Shown here: positions 46,908-56,648 of the stretch, in pieces
Layout: the number at the start of each line of letters is the position of its first letter
Position numbering within the stretch: the stretch's first letter is position 1
NCBI GenBank assembly: GCA_037142195.1
Contig: JBAXBA010000001.1
Location: 32,001 to 96,000 of the forward strand
Length of the DNA stretch: 64,000 nt
Source of the DNA: Pseudomonadota bacterium
GTDB taxonomy: Bacteria > Bdellovibrionota_B > Oligoflexia > Oligoflexales > CAIMVM01
Reading direction: 5' to 3'
Made by a program: the position numbers and the translations under genes
The notes under the pieces: model-generated
Databases searched by the model: none
Told to the model about the DNA's origin: nothing
What the model saw: only the letters and a program-made list of their open reading frames with translations

Positions 46908-48458
46908 ATGGTTTTGAAGAAACTCACGGCCCTTGCTGTTCTACCTCTAATCTACGCTAGCCCATCCTACGCCATCTTTTGGAGTGGCAACGGTTTTTAT
47001 TCCCTTAGGGCAGTCGGTCTGACGGATCCAGATGCCTTTCCAGATACAGGGAGCTACCAAGCCATCGAACAACATTTGTCATTAAATGCAGAAGCGCGTG
47101 TTAACGACAGAGCAAGTTTTTTTCTAGGCTTAAATATCCATCCTACTAAAAATGATTCTGGACTACTCGGTGGCGACTCCAAGGCAACCACAACAGAACC
47201 TTCTGCAAAAGATGCCAACGTTGTATTTTCAACAGCCTATGCCAGACTGGGAACAGATTACTGCTTGATAGAGGCAGGACGACGCCCTAGAGATTGGGGT
47301 TTAGGTCTTCTCTATTCATCAGCGAAAAGACCGTTCCAGTATAATGATTCTGTTTTTGATGGTGTCACCTGTGATGTCAACATCCAAAAATCACAAACCT
47401 TAGGTTTTTCTATAGGCCTAGATAAAATCTCCGAAGGAAGTCGAAGCCCATCGGATGATGTTCGTGGTGTAGATGTAGACCAATATTTCTTTACCATTGA
47501 GTACGATGATAAACTCTCCCCTTCTTCGTCTCCTTTTACAAAGAAGATCGGAATTTACGTTTCCAACATTACTTCTCCAAGTTCTGCGAACTTAGGGAAG
47601 ACCGATATAAAGTATCTCGACATTTATGGACGATTTACCGGATTTAAAGCGTTCAGTTTATTTTCAGAACTCGTTTTTAGAAGTGGAAAATCAAAAGACC
47701 CTTCTTGGGGGTCCTTTGGGGCTGCTCCAGATTCAGACGCAACTGTTGATTCGATCGGCCTAGCTTCTCGCTTGGAATTTATCCTATCTGCTTCGGGTGG
47801 TGAATCTGCTGATTTAAATTCTAATTTGCAGTTGTCAAAACACCTTATTTTTGTCGAACACATGCGAGCTCCTGGCGATAGCGACTCCTATTATCGCGGG
47901 CAAAGGCAGGGTGAAACGGACCGGTTTGCCACGATTACATCGGAACAAAGAGATACCAGCGCATCCGGAATGGCCTTTAACCGCAATTTTAAGCCACTAC
48001 ATATCCTGTTTAATGGAAGAGATTCGGGCAAAAACAATCTCCCAGGGGTCTATGACTCTGACAGAATGGTAAACGCTGCCGTCACTGCTATGGGCTATAA
48101 ATATGAATCTAGTCAAAGCGGAGTGTTTGAAGTTAAGCTTGCAAAAGCCTCTCTTTTGGAAACAGCACCAGCCGACGTAAAAACCTATTGGGATTCCGTA
48201 ACTAAGTCCAATCAAAGCACGGAAAAAACAGAGCGAGCTGACCGCAAGATTGATGTCAAAAGTGATGTTCCTGTTGGCCTAAATTCCAATGACCTCGGCA
48301 CTGAACTTGATTTGACTTACACTTTTCCTGGATCTAAAGATCTTAAAACATCCTTAATGGGTTCCTATCTAAAAGTCGGCAATGCTTTTGACACCAGTCT
48401 AGAACGCTCTCCGAAGTCCCAGTTTCTTTTAAGTGCTCAATTTGATTTGACCTTTTGA
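46908..48458 (+). CDS. Putative outer-membrane beta-barrel (porin-like)
   Basis: Signal peptide (SYA), GRRPRDWGLGL, LGTELDL, C-terminal FDLTF. Confidence 0.7.
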   Translation: MVLKKLTALAVLPLIYASPSYAIFWSGNGFYSLRAVGLTDPDAFPDTGSYQAIEQHLSLNAEARVNDRASFFLGLNIHPTKNDSGLLGGDSKATTTEPSAKDANVVFSTAYARLGTDYCLIEAGRRPRDWGLGLLYSSAKRPFQYNDSVFDGVTCDVNIQKSQTLGFSIGLDKISEGSRSPSDDVRGVDVDQYFFTIEYDDKLSPSSSPFTKKIGIYVSNITSPSSANLGKTDIKYLDIYGRFTGFKAFSLFSELVFRSGKSKDPSWGSFGAAPDSDATVDSIGLASRLEFILSASGGESADLNSNLQLSKHLIFVEHMRAPGDSDSYYRGQRQGETDRFATITSEQRDTSASGMAFNRNFKPLHILFNGRDSGKNNLPGVYDSDRMVNAAVTAMGYKYESSQSGVFEVKLAKASLLETAPADVKTYWDSVTKSNQSTEKTERADRKIDVKSDVPVGLNSNDLGTELDLTYTFPGSKDLKTSLMGSYLKVGNAFDTSLERSPKSQFLLSAQFDLTF

Positions 48459-48467
48459 GGGTAACTT

Positions 48468-49742
48468 ATGTCCAATGAGCTGGGGTTTTCGCGGATATTG
48501 TCGATGGAAAATAGTTGGCTAATGGCCGCACTGTCGACATCAGCCGGCATTCTAAGCGAAAAAGGTCTGCTTTCGCCGTCAGCCATGACAACCTTTCGAG
48601 TCCATTTGAGTGGGATGCAGGGTAGCAAAAATCGATCGATGATGGATGGGTTGTACGAAGCAAAAGATACCCTTTTTCATCTCGTGTCCAAGGAGCTTGG
48701 AAGCGATCACTTTAGAACGACCGCTTGGTTGCAATTTGCGGACCGCATGTCGTGTCGAATCGTCTCGTTAGTGAGCAATGCTCATCTTGAACTCTTGGAT
48801 TTGGGAAAACAGAATTTTAATCGCTTTGTCGCTACCCATAAGGCTGAATATTTTTTGGCCCCGCAACTTCTGATGGATCTCAACGTCCTCATTGCTGAAG
48901 ATTTGGCTGTTTTAGATAGTCCCATGAATTTGACATTTCACAGTTATGAAGTATCGGAGCCCTCACTGGCGCGCAACTTGAGTGAGTGCTTTGGCTCAGA
49001 AACGATTCGCGAAACCAACATGCCTAAAGAGCACGCCAAGGGTTTGATCGCTAAGAGATTTTCGTCTTTAAATCAGATTCTTACAGCTAGATCTGAATTG
49101 CTCTCCTTCGTTGTTGGCGAAGACGTAGATCCTTCCTTTCAGCTTTTGCTGTCCCAACTTCGTACTCTCGAGTGGTCCCTTTCCTCTGTTCCTGAGCCAG
49201 GACAGTTTCAGTCACATATGAAAGTTGCCGCTGATTTAGTAGATATGTGTGTCGTCCTATTACAAGACTCGCTGGAAAGTCTACCTCGAAAGTTTCAAGC
49301 AAAAATATTGCCGGAGAGACCTAGAAATCTCGCCCTACCCTTAAGAAAAGTAGAAGGTCATCTCATTCAGATAGGCCATGCACCAGAAGTTGCCGAAGAA
49401 GCTGCATCCGTCCTCAAAGCTTATCTGAGTTTGCATAATGTCTCGGTTCGAGAGCTCTTGCCTGATGAGGCCTCTAGAATCCATCCTGCAATTGGGTCCC
49501 TCACGGTTGATTTTGTAAAAAATGCAGAGAATCACCAAAAAGATGACGTATCACTTAAAGACCGGGTAGATCGATCTTTTGAGAGTGTTTCCAAGCAGCT
49601 GCTGAATATTCTTGGAAGAATCCTTGTAGTGGTCGGAATTTTGGGCTTTGGGGGTTGTGGGGTTAAAGGGTCCCTTAAGTCTATTGGGGAGCCGCTTAGA
49701 CCAGAAGTTATGATTAAGGGCCCTACCTATGGACCCAAATGA
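48468..49742 (+). CDS. Highly diverged ArgH-like protein with C-terminal LptM/LppL-like lipoprotein segment
   Basis: HLIQIGHAPEVAEEAASVLKAYL...RELLPDEASRIHP resembles the ArgH C-domain; no SSxMPxKxN; ends with a hydrophobic run plus GCGVKG; precedes dapA-dapB. Confidence 0.5.
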   Translation: MSNELGFSRILSMENSWLMAALSTSAGILSEKGLLSPSAMTTFRVHLSGMQGSKNRSMMDGLYEAKDTLFHLVSKELGSDHFRTTAWLQFADRMSCRIVSLVSNAHLELLDLGKQNFNRFVATHKAEYFLAPQLLMDLNVLIAEDLAVLDSPMNLTFHSYEVSEPSLARNLSECFGSETIRETNMPKEHAKGLIAKRFSSLNQILTARSELLSFVVGEDVDPSFQLLLSQLRTLEWSLSSVPEPGQFQSHMKVAADLVDMCVVLLQDSLESLPRKFQAKILPERPRNLALPLRKVEGHLIQIGHAPEVAEEAASVLKAYLSLHNVSVRELLPDEASRIHPAIGSLTVDFVKNAENHQKDDVSLKDRVDRSFESVSKQLLNILGRILVVVGILGFGGCGVKGSLKSIGEPLRPEVMIKGPTYGPK

Positions 49743-50634
49743 TTGGCGGGGAATTTGGACGTCACTTGTCACTCCCCTCAACTCAGATAGTTCTATCGAT
49801 TGGAATTCCCTAGATAGTATTGTGTCGCGACAATTGGAGGCAGAAGTTCGTGCCTTAGTGATGGCCGGGCGCTGCGGGGAAGGTTCAACACTCTCTGCCC
49901 ATGAAAAGCTAGCCCTTGTCCGCAGAGCGAGTTCCTCCGCAAAACGCCGGGGTCATACCTTAGTTGTAGGCGCCGTAGAAGGAACAAGTACCACACAGTC
50001 TTTAGAGCTCTGCAAACTTTATCAGGATGCTGGTGCAGATGGAATTTTGGCTTATTTTCCCCTAGATTTCCCTTTTGTCGACCGAGGTATTATAAGCCAC
50101 TTTAAGTGCCTGGCTTCAAGTGTATCAATTCCCGTATTTATCTGTTTTCCAAACCCATGTGATCCTTTCCTGCTCAGCTCTTCCTTTGTTGATGAACTCT
50201 TAAGTTTGCCTGGAATTCTTGGAGCCTCCATGGGGGGTGAAGTCTCTAGTCTCTTTTCTTCTCCGCTCAAATCCCAAAAGCTTTTTCTATCAAACTCAGA
50301 GACTTCCTTTTTTTCTGGACAGCATGCAGATAAAGGTTCTTCTTTTGGTGGGGTTGTTAGTTGTTTGGCTAATGTTTTCCCGAGAGAACTGAAAGCCATC
50401 TGCCCCGCGCATGACTCTAGCAAGTCTCTCCCGGCTCGGCCCAGCGAAGCCGCCATTGTCGCCTTCGCCAAGTCCTTAGATAAATATCCTATAGCTTCAG
50501 CTATTAAGGGCTGCCTCCATCAGCAAGGAATATTAAAACCCTTTCTGAGACTGCCTTTTGACACTCTTCCCGAAGACTCGCTCAGAGGCCTACTAGCTGA
50601 GCTACAAAAAATCACGAATCAACTTGAGGTATAA
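49729..50634 (+). CDS. DapA (DHDPS)-family protein with substituted catalytic residues
   Basis: GIWTSLVTPL..D.SIDW, GRCGEGSTLS..EK, GADGIL, LRLPF; next to dapB. Confidence 0.8.
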   Translation: MDPNDWRGIWTSLVTPLNSDSSIDWNSLDSIVSRQLEAEVRALVMAGRCGEGSTLSAHEKLALVRRASSSAKRRGHTLVVGAVEGTSTTQSLELCKLYQDAGADGILAYFPLDFPFVDRGIISHFKCLASSVSIPVFICFPNPCDPFLLSSSFVDELLSLPGILGASMGGEVSSLFSSPLKSQKLFLSNSETSFFSGQHADKGSSFGGVVSCLANVFPRELKAICPAHDSSKSLPARPSEAAIVAFAKSLDKYPIASAIKGCLHQQGILKPFLRLPFDTLPEDSLRGLLAELQKITNQLEV

Positions 50635-51393
50635 ATGAAACACTCTCTTTGGATCCATGGTCTCAGCGGTAAAATGGGCCATGAACTACAGACCGCAGTG
50701 AGTTCCAGCGATGATTTTGTATTGGAAGGCGGCTCCGCACTTGACATAACACAGGAAAGCACAAGGGACGGAATTCAAAAGAGCGCGGTCATTGTGGATT
50801 TTTCTTCGCCAAAGGGAACTGAGGCCTTGCTTGCTTATTCCGAGTTGTTTGTTGGAAAAACCATTCTTTTTTGTACGACTGGACTGGATTCCTCAACTCT
50901 TGAAAAGATAAAAAAACTCGGCGCCAACAACAATGTAATGCTAGCTCCCAATACCAGCATCGGTGTTTTTTTATTCGGAAAAATTCTATCCGCCTATGGT
51001 CAAATTTTATTTCAAAATAATTTTGATATTGAAATAGTAGAGACTCATCATCGACATAAAATCGACTCACCCAGCGGCACCGCAAAATTTCTCAGAGCCG
51101 CAGTCGATCCAGATCAAAGCCTATCCCCGCGCTCTGACTATAATGGTGTTAGGAATAAAAGGGATATTGGCATGCATGCGATTCGAGGCGGCGGAGTCGC
51201 TGGGGAACACTCTGTCCGATTTTTGAGTGATTCCGAAGAACTAGAGATCACCCATCGCGCTTTCCAGCGAAGTTTATTCGCTACCGGCGCCTTGGCATTG
51301 GTCCGCATTTTACTAAAGAAAAGCCACGGCTTTTATGACTATGGGGATATTTCCCCCGCAGAAATGCTCAAATCTCTACCTCTGAAAGAATAA
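50635..51393 (+). CDS. dapB: 4-hydroxy-tetrahydrodipicolinate reductase
   Basis: GLSGKMG, VDFSSP, TTG, APNTSIG, ETHHRHKIDSPSGTA, RGGGVAGEH. Confidence 0.94.
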   Translation: MKHSLWIHGLSGKMGHELQTAVSSSDDFVLEGGSALDITQESTRDGIQKSAVIVDFSSPKGTEALLAYSELFVGKTILFCTTGLDSSTLEKIKKLGANNNVMLAPNTSIGVFLFGKILSAYGQILFQNNFDIEIVETHHRHKIDSPSGTAKFLRAAVDPDQSLSPRSDYNGVRNKRDIGMHAIRGGGVAGEHSVRFLSDSEELEITHRAFQRSLFATGALALVRILLKKSHGFYDYGDISPAEMLKSLPLKE

Positions 51394-51465
51394 ATGATGA
51401 CCTATGGGACGTTTATTTTTGTGGTCAACACCGGCTACAATTGGCGCTTCATGGGAAATGAAAAA

Positions 51466-53259
51466 CTACTTCACAAAGCGAATTCTAGCGCCGAGAGTTA
51501 CAACAGAGGTGTGGGCTCCAAACACCATAACTGAGCGCATCTGGACCAGCTTGCTTCCAACCCTTGACACGAGAGTATATTGACCTGGTTCCACATTAAA
51601 AAACATACTCTTAGACATAGAATCTGCTGAGTATTGCCACGCCTTACCTAAACTTCTCGAATTGATGTCATATAACTCGTGGGTCGTTTTGCTAGGGCTA
51701 AGATCTTTAAAACCGCCATCGAAAACTAAAATCGTTCCCTTCGCCCTGTCTTGCAATTGATTGGCAAAACGCCCAAGGTCTTCAGAAAAACCGCGGGGCA
51801 ATAGGGGGACTGCAATGCGGTCGTCTAAAAAATCATCCTGATCTAGGGCATAAAAGGTGTCATCGAATTCACTGGAATGATTAAAGAAGAAAATTTTTGA
51901 ATCCAAGCTGGGTACGGCACCTTTCACAGAAAGCATGCCGCCTTCAGCTGTACCTATGGCCTCCACCAACCCCATAGGCTCGATGTTTGCACCTTCACCG
52001 CCCGAACGAAGAAGAGGCAAGTCGCGCCTATTAGTATAGAGTTCTTCTGGTCCTGGAGGCAAAATTCCCATTTTTAATCGGCCTGAAAAACCTGACACTA
52101 CATCTTTTTGCAGATTGAAAAACAAACCTGGAAAGACATTTTCAACAGCGATGCTATAGACCGTCTTGGTTTTGGCATCTTTTAGAGAAATCGCAATCGT
52201 CCCCGGCTCGACATTAAATAAACAATACTTTCCATTATCACCAAGTTTGGTTTGTCTGACGTCAATCAAACCCAGCTCATTAAAGTAATAGGGACCATTA
52301 GCCTTACTGCCTTCTAGGGTTAAAACAAGATCTGCCCCTTTAGCAAACGTGAATGAGCCACAAAGAGTGCCGTAATTGGCATCAGGTACGATGCCGGTCA
52401 TGATCATCCAAGATCCAAGAGCAAAATCACGATAAGCAAAGAGACGTGCTACTTTGGTGTCGTCATGGGAAGTCGAAACCTCATAATGGGCCGGTACATA
52501 TATGCCGTTGGGGTCTTCCAAGCGAATTTTGATGTCGCTATCAGTCGGTACATCTGAGAGAGTGACGATTCCAGTCGGGTCTGTTTCCGCTACAATATTC
52601 GTGCCTAACACGAAAATTTTCACACCACTGACAGGATATACTCGACCCTCTGATGGAGAGGACCTTTCATCCATAAACTGCAAAGTAATTTGGGTTTGGC
52701 GAAATTCGGCTTTTTCTTCTAATTCGAAAGAAAGATTTTGCTGCCTTTGTTCGGCTAGGGTTTTATAAACCTGCTCTCGAGAGACCGCCAGGCTCACGCG
52801 ATTCTTTCCAGCCCCATAAAATCCTAATATGGGCCCAGGAGTGGTCATATATGGGCCATTGAACTTCAGAGCAGGTTGCGACGCAAGGGGCTCAAAAGTC
52901 CGAAGAGGATCCGTCAGCTGAAGAGTTTTTTTAGAATCCGGATTAGCTTTTAAGGATGGTGCCATTGCTTCTGAGGAAGGCGCTGAAGATGCAAAAAAGG
53001 AGTCTCTTGCACCTTTTATTTCTGATTTACGAGAGGGGTTAAAGGGGTCGTTGGCAAATCTCTCAATTTTAAAGTCGCCCCAATTTTGCTCTTCATAGTC
53101 TCTATGAGACTGGCTAAACTCCACTTGATCGAGGGGGATTTCGGTTCCAAATTTCGCCATGGCTTCTTGGTAGGTTTCAGAGGTCGCGGTCATAGGTAGG
53201 ACGGTCGCCATAAAAATGGCAACTCCATTCGCTAATCTATCCCATCGAAATGAATTCAT
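51466..53259 (-). CDS. Hypothetical exported protein with carboxypeptidase-regulatory/Cna-B-like beta repeats
   Basis: Signal peptide; PVSGVKI...ETDPTGIVTLSDVP; repeated LFNVEPG/FFNVEPG. Confidence 0.65.
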   Translation of the reverse strand: MNSFRWDRLANGVAIFMATVLPMTATSETYQEAMAKFGTEIPLDQVEFSQSHRDYEEQNWGDFKIERFANDPFNPSRKSEIKGARDSFFASSAPSSEAMAPSLKANPDSKKTLQLTDPLRTFEPLASQPALKFNGPYMTTPGPILGFYGAGKNRVSLAVSREQVYKTLAEQRQQNLSFELEEKAEFRQTQITLQFMDERSSPSEGRVYPVSGVKIFVLGTNIVAETDPTGIVTLSDVPTDSDIKIRLEDPNGIYVPAHYEVSTSHDDTKVARLFAYRDFALGSWMIMTGIVPDANYGTLCGSFTFAKGADLVLTLEGSKANGPYYFNELGLIDVRQTKLGDNGKYCLFNVEPGTIAISLKDAKTKTVYSIAVENVFPGLFFNLQKDVVSGFSGRLKMGILPPGPEELYTNRRDLPLLRSGGEGANIEPMGLVEAIGTAEGGMLSVKGAVPSLDSKIFFFNHSSEFDDTFYALDQDDFLDDRIAVPLLPRGFSEDLGRFANQLQDRAKGTILVFDGGFKDLSPSKTTHELYDINSRSLGKAWQYSADSMSKSMFFNVEPGQYTLVSRVGSKLVQMRSVMVFGAHTSVVTLGARIRFVK

Positions 53260-53375
53260 ATGCGACCTCTAGAACGAACTGACACTTTACGGAGGCTAAA
53301 TTTACAACTTAATTCCTAAATTCTAGACTCGTGTATTCTAACAGTTTATCGGCTAGAAGTTTAGATTTTGGTAGG

Positions 53376-53410
53376 CAAAATAGAGTGGGTCTTTCGGCCC
53401 ATCTATTTTG
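53376..53410 (-). terminator. Stem-loop terminator after yqeY
   Basis: CAAAATAGAGTGGG-TCTTTCGG-CCCATCTATTTTG near-perfect inverted repeat. Confidence 0.7.
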
Positions 53411-53427
53411 GCTTTTACAAAAAATCG

Positions 53428-53859
53428 CTAATTCAATACTGATTTTAAGATTTTAGAGACCGTAGATCCGTCGCCAGCTTCACCAAGTTTTGCCATAACA
53501 AGTTTCATCAAGGCCCCAAAATTTCGGTCGGCTGTCGCAGCTAGAACCTCATTTACAGCCTGGCGCGTCTCTACCTCACCTGCCTTTTTCGGTAGATAAA
53601 CTTCTACGAAAGCCATTTCGCTTCGAATTTGTGCTTTCTTAGCTTCATCTGAAAAATCTTCCACAGATTTAGCTAACTTCTTATGGTAGGACTGAATGGC
53701 TTTCAGGCTGTCTTGATCTGTAAGCTCTTTGGCCGCATCGCCTGCAGTTTGAGCATATTGAAGTTCACTTAAAAGCATGCGAATGACAGCGATCTTAGCT
53801 TTTTCTCCAGCCTTCATCGCCACCTTAACATCTTCTTTTAACTGATCTTTTATGCTCAT
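53428..53859 (-). CDS. yqeY: GatB/YqeY domain protein
   Basis: MSIKDQLKEDVKVAMKAGEK..VIRML, YLPK, FGALMK..MAK. Confidence 0.92.
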   Translation of the reverse strand: MSIKDQLKEDVKVAMKAGEKAKIAVIRMLLSELQYAQTAGDAAKELTDQDSLKAIQSYHKKLAKSVEDFSDEAKKAQIRSEMAFVEVYLPKKAGEVETRQAVNEVLAATADRNFGALMKLVMAKLGEAGDGSTVSKILKSVLN

Positions 53860-53871
53860 TTTTGGAGTCCT

Positions 53872-54000
53872 TTATCCCGTATGTGAATCATGACATTTTT
53901 CGGCTTCTACTTTTGTAAAAAACTTACTTTTACATTTGCGGCATACATACTTAGCACCGTCTCTAAAGTATTTCTCTTCTCCACCTTTTGCATCAGCCAT
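53872..54000 (-). CDS. 42-aa zinc-finger microprotein
   Basis: Not in ORF track. MADAKGGEEKYFRDGAKYVCRKCKSKFFTKVEAEKCHDSHTG*, RBS TAAGGAG, fills the gap between the pyk-like gene and yqeY. Confidence 0.8.
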   Translation of the reverse strand: MADAKGGEEKYFRDGAKYVCRKCKSKFFTKVEAEKCHDSHTG

Positions 54001-54051
54001 AAGTACTCCTTAATAAATGAACTATAAGGAATCATACGCTAAGTGGATTCA

Positions 54052-55470
54052 TTATTGAATCCGTTGAACAGTGAAAAGATTGCTCGCACTTCGTCCCACA
54101 GGAGACAAGGTTACTGTAAGGAATACAATCGAATCTCCAGTTTCCATACCCTCTTTTTGCTTAAGCAGATCATTAACTGCTGGCAACACATCTTCAATTT
54201 TTGGATCGACATGAAGAGCTCGCCCACTTACGCCTCGGATTACTGAAACTCTTCGTCCAATATCTTCATCAAAAGTAACACCAATAATCGGAATATCTGG
54301 ATGATAGCTTCCTAATCGAAGGGCCGTATTTCCAGTTTTTGTGATGCAAACGAGGGCTTTTGCATTCACGCGGCGCGCTGTCTTTAACGCCTCATAAGCA
54401 ACGGCATCTAGTTCATCTTTGATTGCCGGACTCCGTTTCTCCCATGATGTGGGAAGGCTTCCTTCACCTTCGACATTCTGGATCACCACGCAAGCAAGAT
54501 TATAAGCTTTCCGTCCAAACTTTCCTCGACTTACGTCTTCAGAAAGAATCACCCCATCAGCGCCATCGATAACTGCATTGGCAATGTCCGACACTTCTGC
54601 ACGAGTTGGCGTCACATTAAACCGCATCGAACCCAACATTTCTGAGGCCACAAATGCGAGCTTTGCGCTTTCATTACAGCGCCTTACAATTTCCTTAGCA
54701 AGCATAGGAATGGTCATGGGATTTGCTGTTAAAGCTAGCTCTCTTCTAGAAATCACTAAGCCGTCCACAAACTTCAAAGTGTCTTCCATGCGATTCAAAG
54801 CAGAAACGGAATCAATACGTTGGAGAACCCAAGGAGATTTTGGATTATCTTTAGGAAAACGGTCTCGAAATAAGTCCACTTGCGACTTGCTCGCAAAACC
54901 AGGAAACACTACGAAATCAACACCAAAACTCGCAAATTTAGCAATGTCAATGTTTTCCCAAGTCCATTTATCAGTACCATGCCTCGTCTCTGGTACGTGA
55001 AGATCAGATGCAGGTCTAACACTTCCGCCCTGGGTGACTTCAGCCTCTACAAAATCTTTCGTTATGGAAATGGCTTTCATTACGGCATCACCATAACCAA
55101 CAAAAATCGATACATTCTTTTGAAAGAGATCTTCCCATACCGGTGTATCTACATAAAGATCTGCGGCAATTTTTTCTGAATTAGATATTTTAATCTTATC
55201 GCCAAAGTTTAAAACTTTTGGTTCGCTTAAGTTAAATATGCGCCCTCTCGCGGGTGGGGTAATATCCAAAATTACAGGAACTTTTCGTTCCGATTTTTTG
55301 GGATTGAGATTGTCTAAAAACTTATAAGTCTCTTCTAGACAGTTAGGACTAAATTCAAGCCTAATGGCATCAATGGGCTGTTCTTTAATAACATCCAAAA
55401 TTTGACTATTAATTGACCTAGCTTCAATGGACCAAATAACCTTTGTTTTTCTACGTGTGATATCAATCAA
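54052..55470 (-). CDS. Pyruvate kinase-like protein, diverged active site
   Basis: RKTKVI, IRLEFS, ILDI, PTRAEVSDIANAVIDGADGVILS, TKTGNTA, C-terminal PK domain. Confidence 0.85.
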   Translation of the reverse strand: MIDITRRKTKVIWSIEARSINSQILDVIKEQPIDAIRLEFSPNCLEETYKFLDNLNPKKSERKVPVILDITPPARGRIFNLSEPKVLNFGDKIKISNSEKIAADLYVDTPVWEDLFQKNVSIFVGYGDAVMKAISITKDFVEAEVTQGGSVRPASDLHVPETRHGTDKWTWENIDIAKFASFGVDFVVFPGFASKSQVDLFRDRFPKDNPKSPWVLQRIDSVSALNRMEDTLKFVDGLVISRRELALTANPMTIPMLAKEIVRRCNESAKLAFVASEMLGSMRFNVTPTRAEVSDIANAVIDGADGVILSEDVSRGKFGRKAYNLACVVIQNVEGEGSLPTSWEKRSPAIKDELDAVAYEALKTARRVNAKALVCITKTGNTALRLGSYHPDIPIIGVTFDEDIGRRVSVIRGVSGRALHVDPKIEDVLPAVNDLLKQKEGMETGDSIVFLTVTLSPVGRSASNLFTVQRIQ

Positions 55471-55488
55471 AATTTACCCCTATTAAAT

Positions 55489-56346
55489 TTACTGAATCAG
55501 GCTTTGACCATAGTGCACTACTTGCGCCGAATCCACTATTTTAAGTCTATCGATGCCCTGTGTTTTTCTATCAAACACAACTACCGCCGTTGAGCCTAAC
55601 ATAAAAACGCCTAATTCTTCACCTTTCTGAATGGTTATCTTGGAATCTGAAAATACAATTTCTCTCTGGGTGGGGCGAACCTGGCGTGAAGTTGTATTGG
55701 TGACTAAATCTAGGCAGTGTTTCGTGGCAATTCTGCCAACATTTAAGGCGCCCACCATGGCGACATAGACCTTTCCGCCTGACTTTGTTTCAATATCGAA
55801 GACCATGCGTTCATTCGTTGTAAATAGCTTTGGAATGAGTCCGACAAACTGCTCATTAACCGGCCAAAGTTTGCCAGGAATATGTCTGATAGCGGTGAGG
55901 CGGCCTTCCACTGGGGAATGGACGCGATGATAGTTGTGAGGTGCCAAATAAACGGTTTGAAACCAAGCGGGATCGAACGTAGACGGTGATGCCTGATCGC
56001 CAAACACCAATTGTTCTGCGGAATAGGATATTCCTTTTGCTTGAATCGCTTCGCCATTATGAATCGGCAGTGATTTTACCAACATGCCATCCGCCGGGGA
56101 AACAATGTCCGCAACTGCTACTTTTCTAGCGCCTGGCTTCAACTCTCTCGTAAACAAATCTTCAATCGACTCAAAGTCATCTAAGCGATGGGCCGCCTCT
56201 GAAAGGTCTATTTGAAATGTGCTGACAAACTTAGAATTGATCTTTTTTTGCAATACTCCAGGAAATTTGACTCTTGAAACTTTGCCCGTAGCAAGACTCA
56301 ATAAGGACTTAGGTGTCACCGACAAAATATATTTTAGAGGACTCAA
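55489..56346 (-). CDS. psd: Phosphatidylserine decarboxylase
   Basis: FTRELKPGAR, SPADG, YLAPHNYHRVHSP, NER, VGALNVG, LGST. Confidence 0.95.
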   Translation of the reverse strand: MSPLKYILSVTPKSLLSLATGKVSRVKFPGVLQKKINSKFVSTFQIDLSEAAHRLDDFESIEDLFTRELKPGARKVAVADIVSPADGMLVKSLPIHNGEAIQAKGISYSAEQLVFGDQASPSTFDPAWFQTVYLAPHNYHRVHSPVEGRLTAIRHIPGKLWPVNEQFVGLIPKLFTTNERMVFDIETKSGGKVYVAMVGALNVGRIATKHCLDLVTNTTSRQVRPTQREIVFSDSKITIQKGEELGVFMLGSTAVVVFDRKTQGIDRLKIVDSAQVVHYGQSLIQ

Positions 56347-56547
56347 TTTTCTAATCTCCTGGACAGCGGAATTTTTGCAAAAGCCTAATATGCAACACTA
56401 TGGTTTAAAATCTACACATTTCTTTGGCTGTTTTGGTTGCAAAATGACTCTAAATGACCCCCGAATGTTGGCAGCGGAACCTTCTTTTTTGCAAATATTT
56501 CAATGTTTACGCTGCCTTTCGACCGGTTGGTAGTTGACCAACTGGCC

Positions 56548-56563
56548 TGGCACACATATTGTA
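56548..56563 (+). promoter_or_regulatory. Sigma-54-type -24/-12 promoter
   Basis: TGGCAC-N5-TTGTA versus consensus TGGCAC-N5-TTGCW, upstream of small ORF 56649. Confidence 0.55.
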
Positions 56564-56648
56564 TGTTTAAAGGCTAAATCGGCTTTTGCTTGAAGTAAAG
56601 CGATGTGCCAACTTCTCACAGCTCAACAACAAAAAGAGGGGAAATCCA

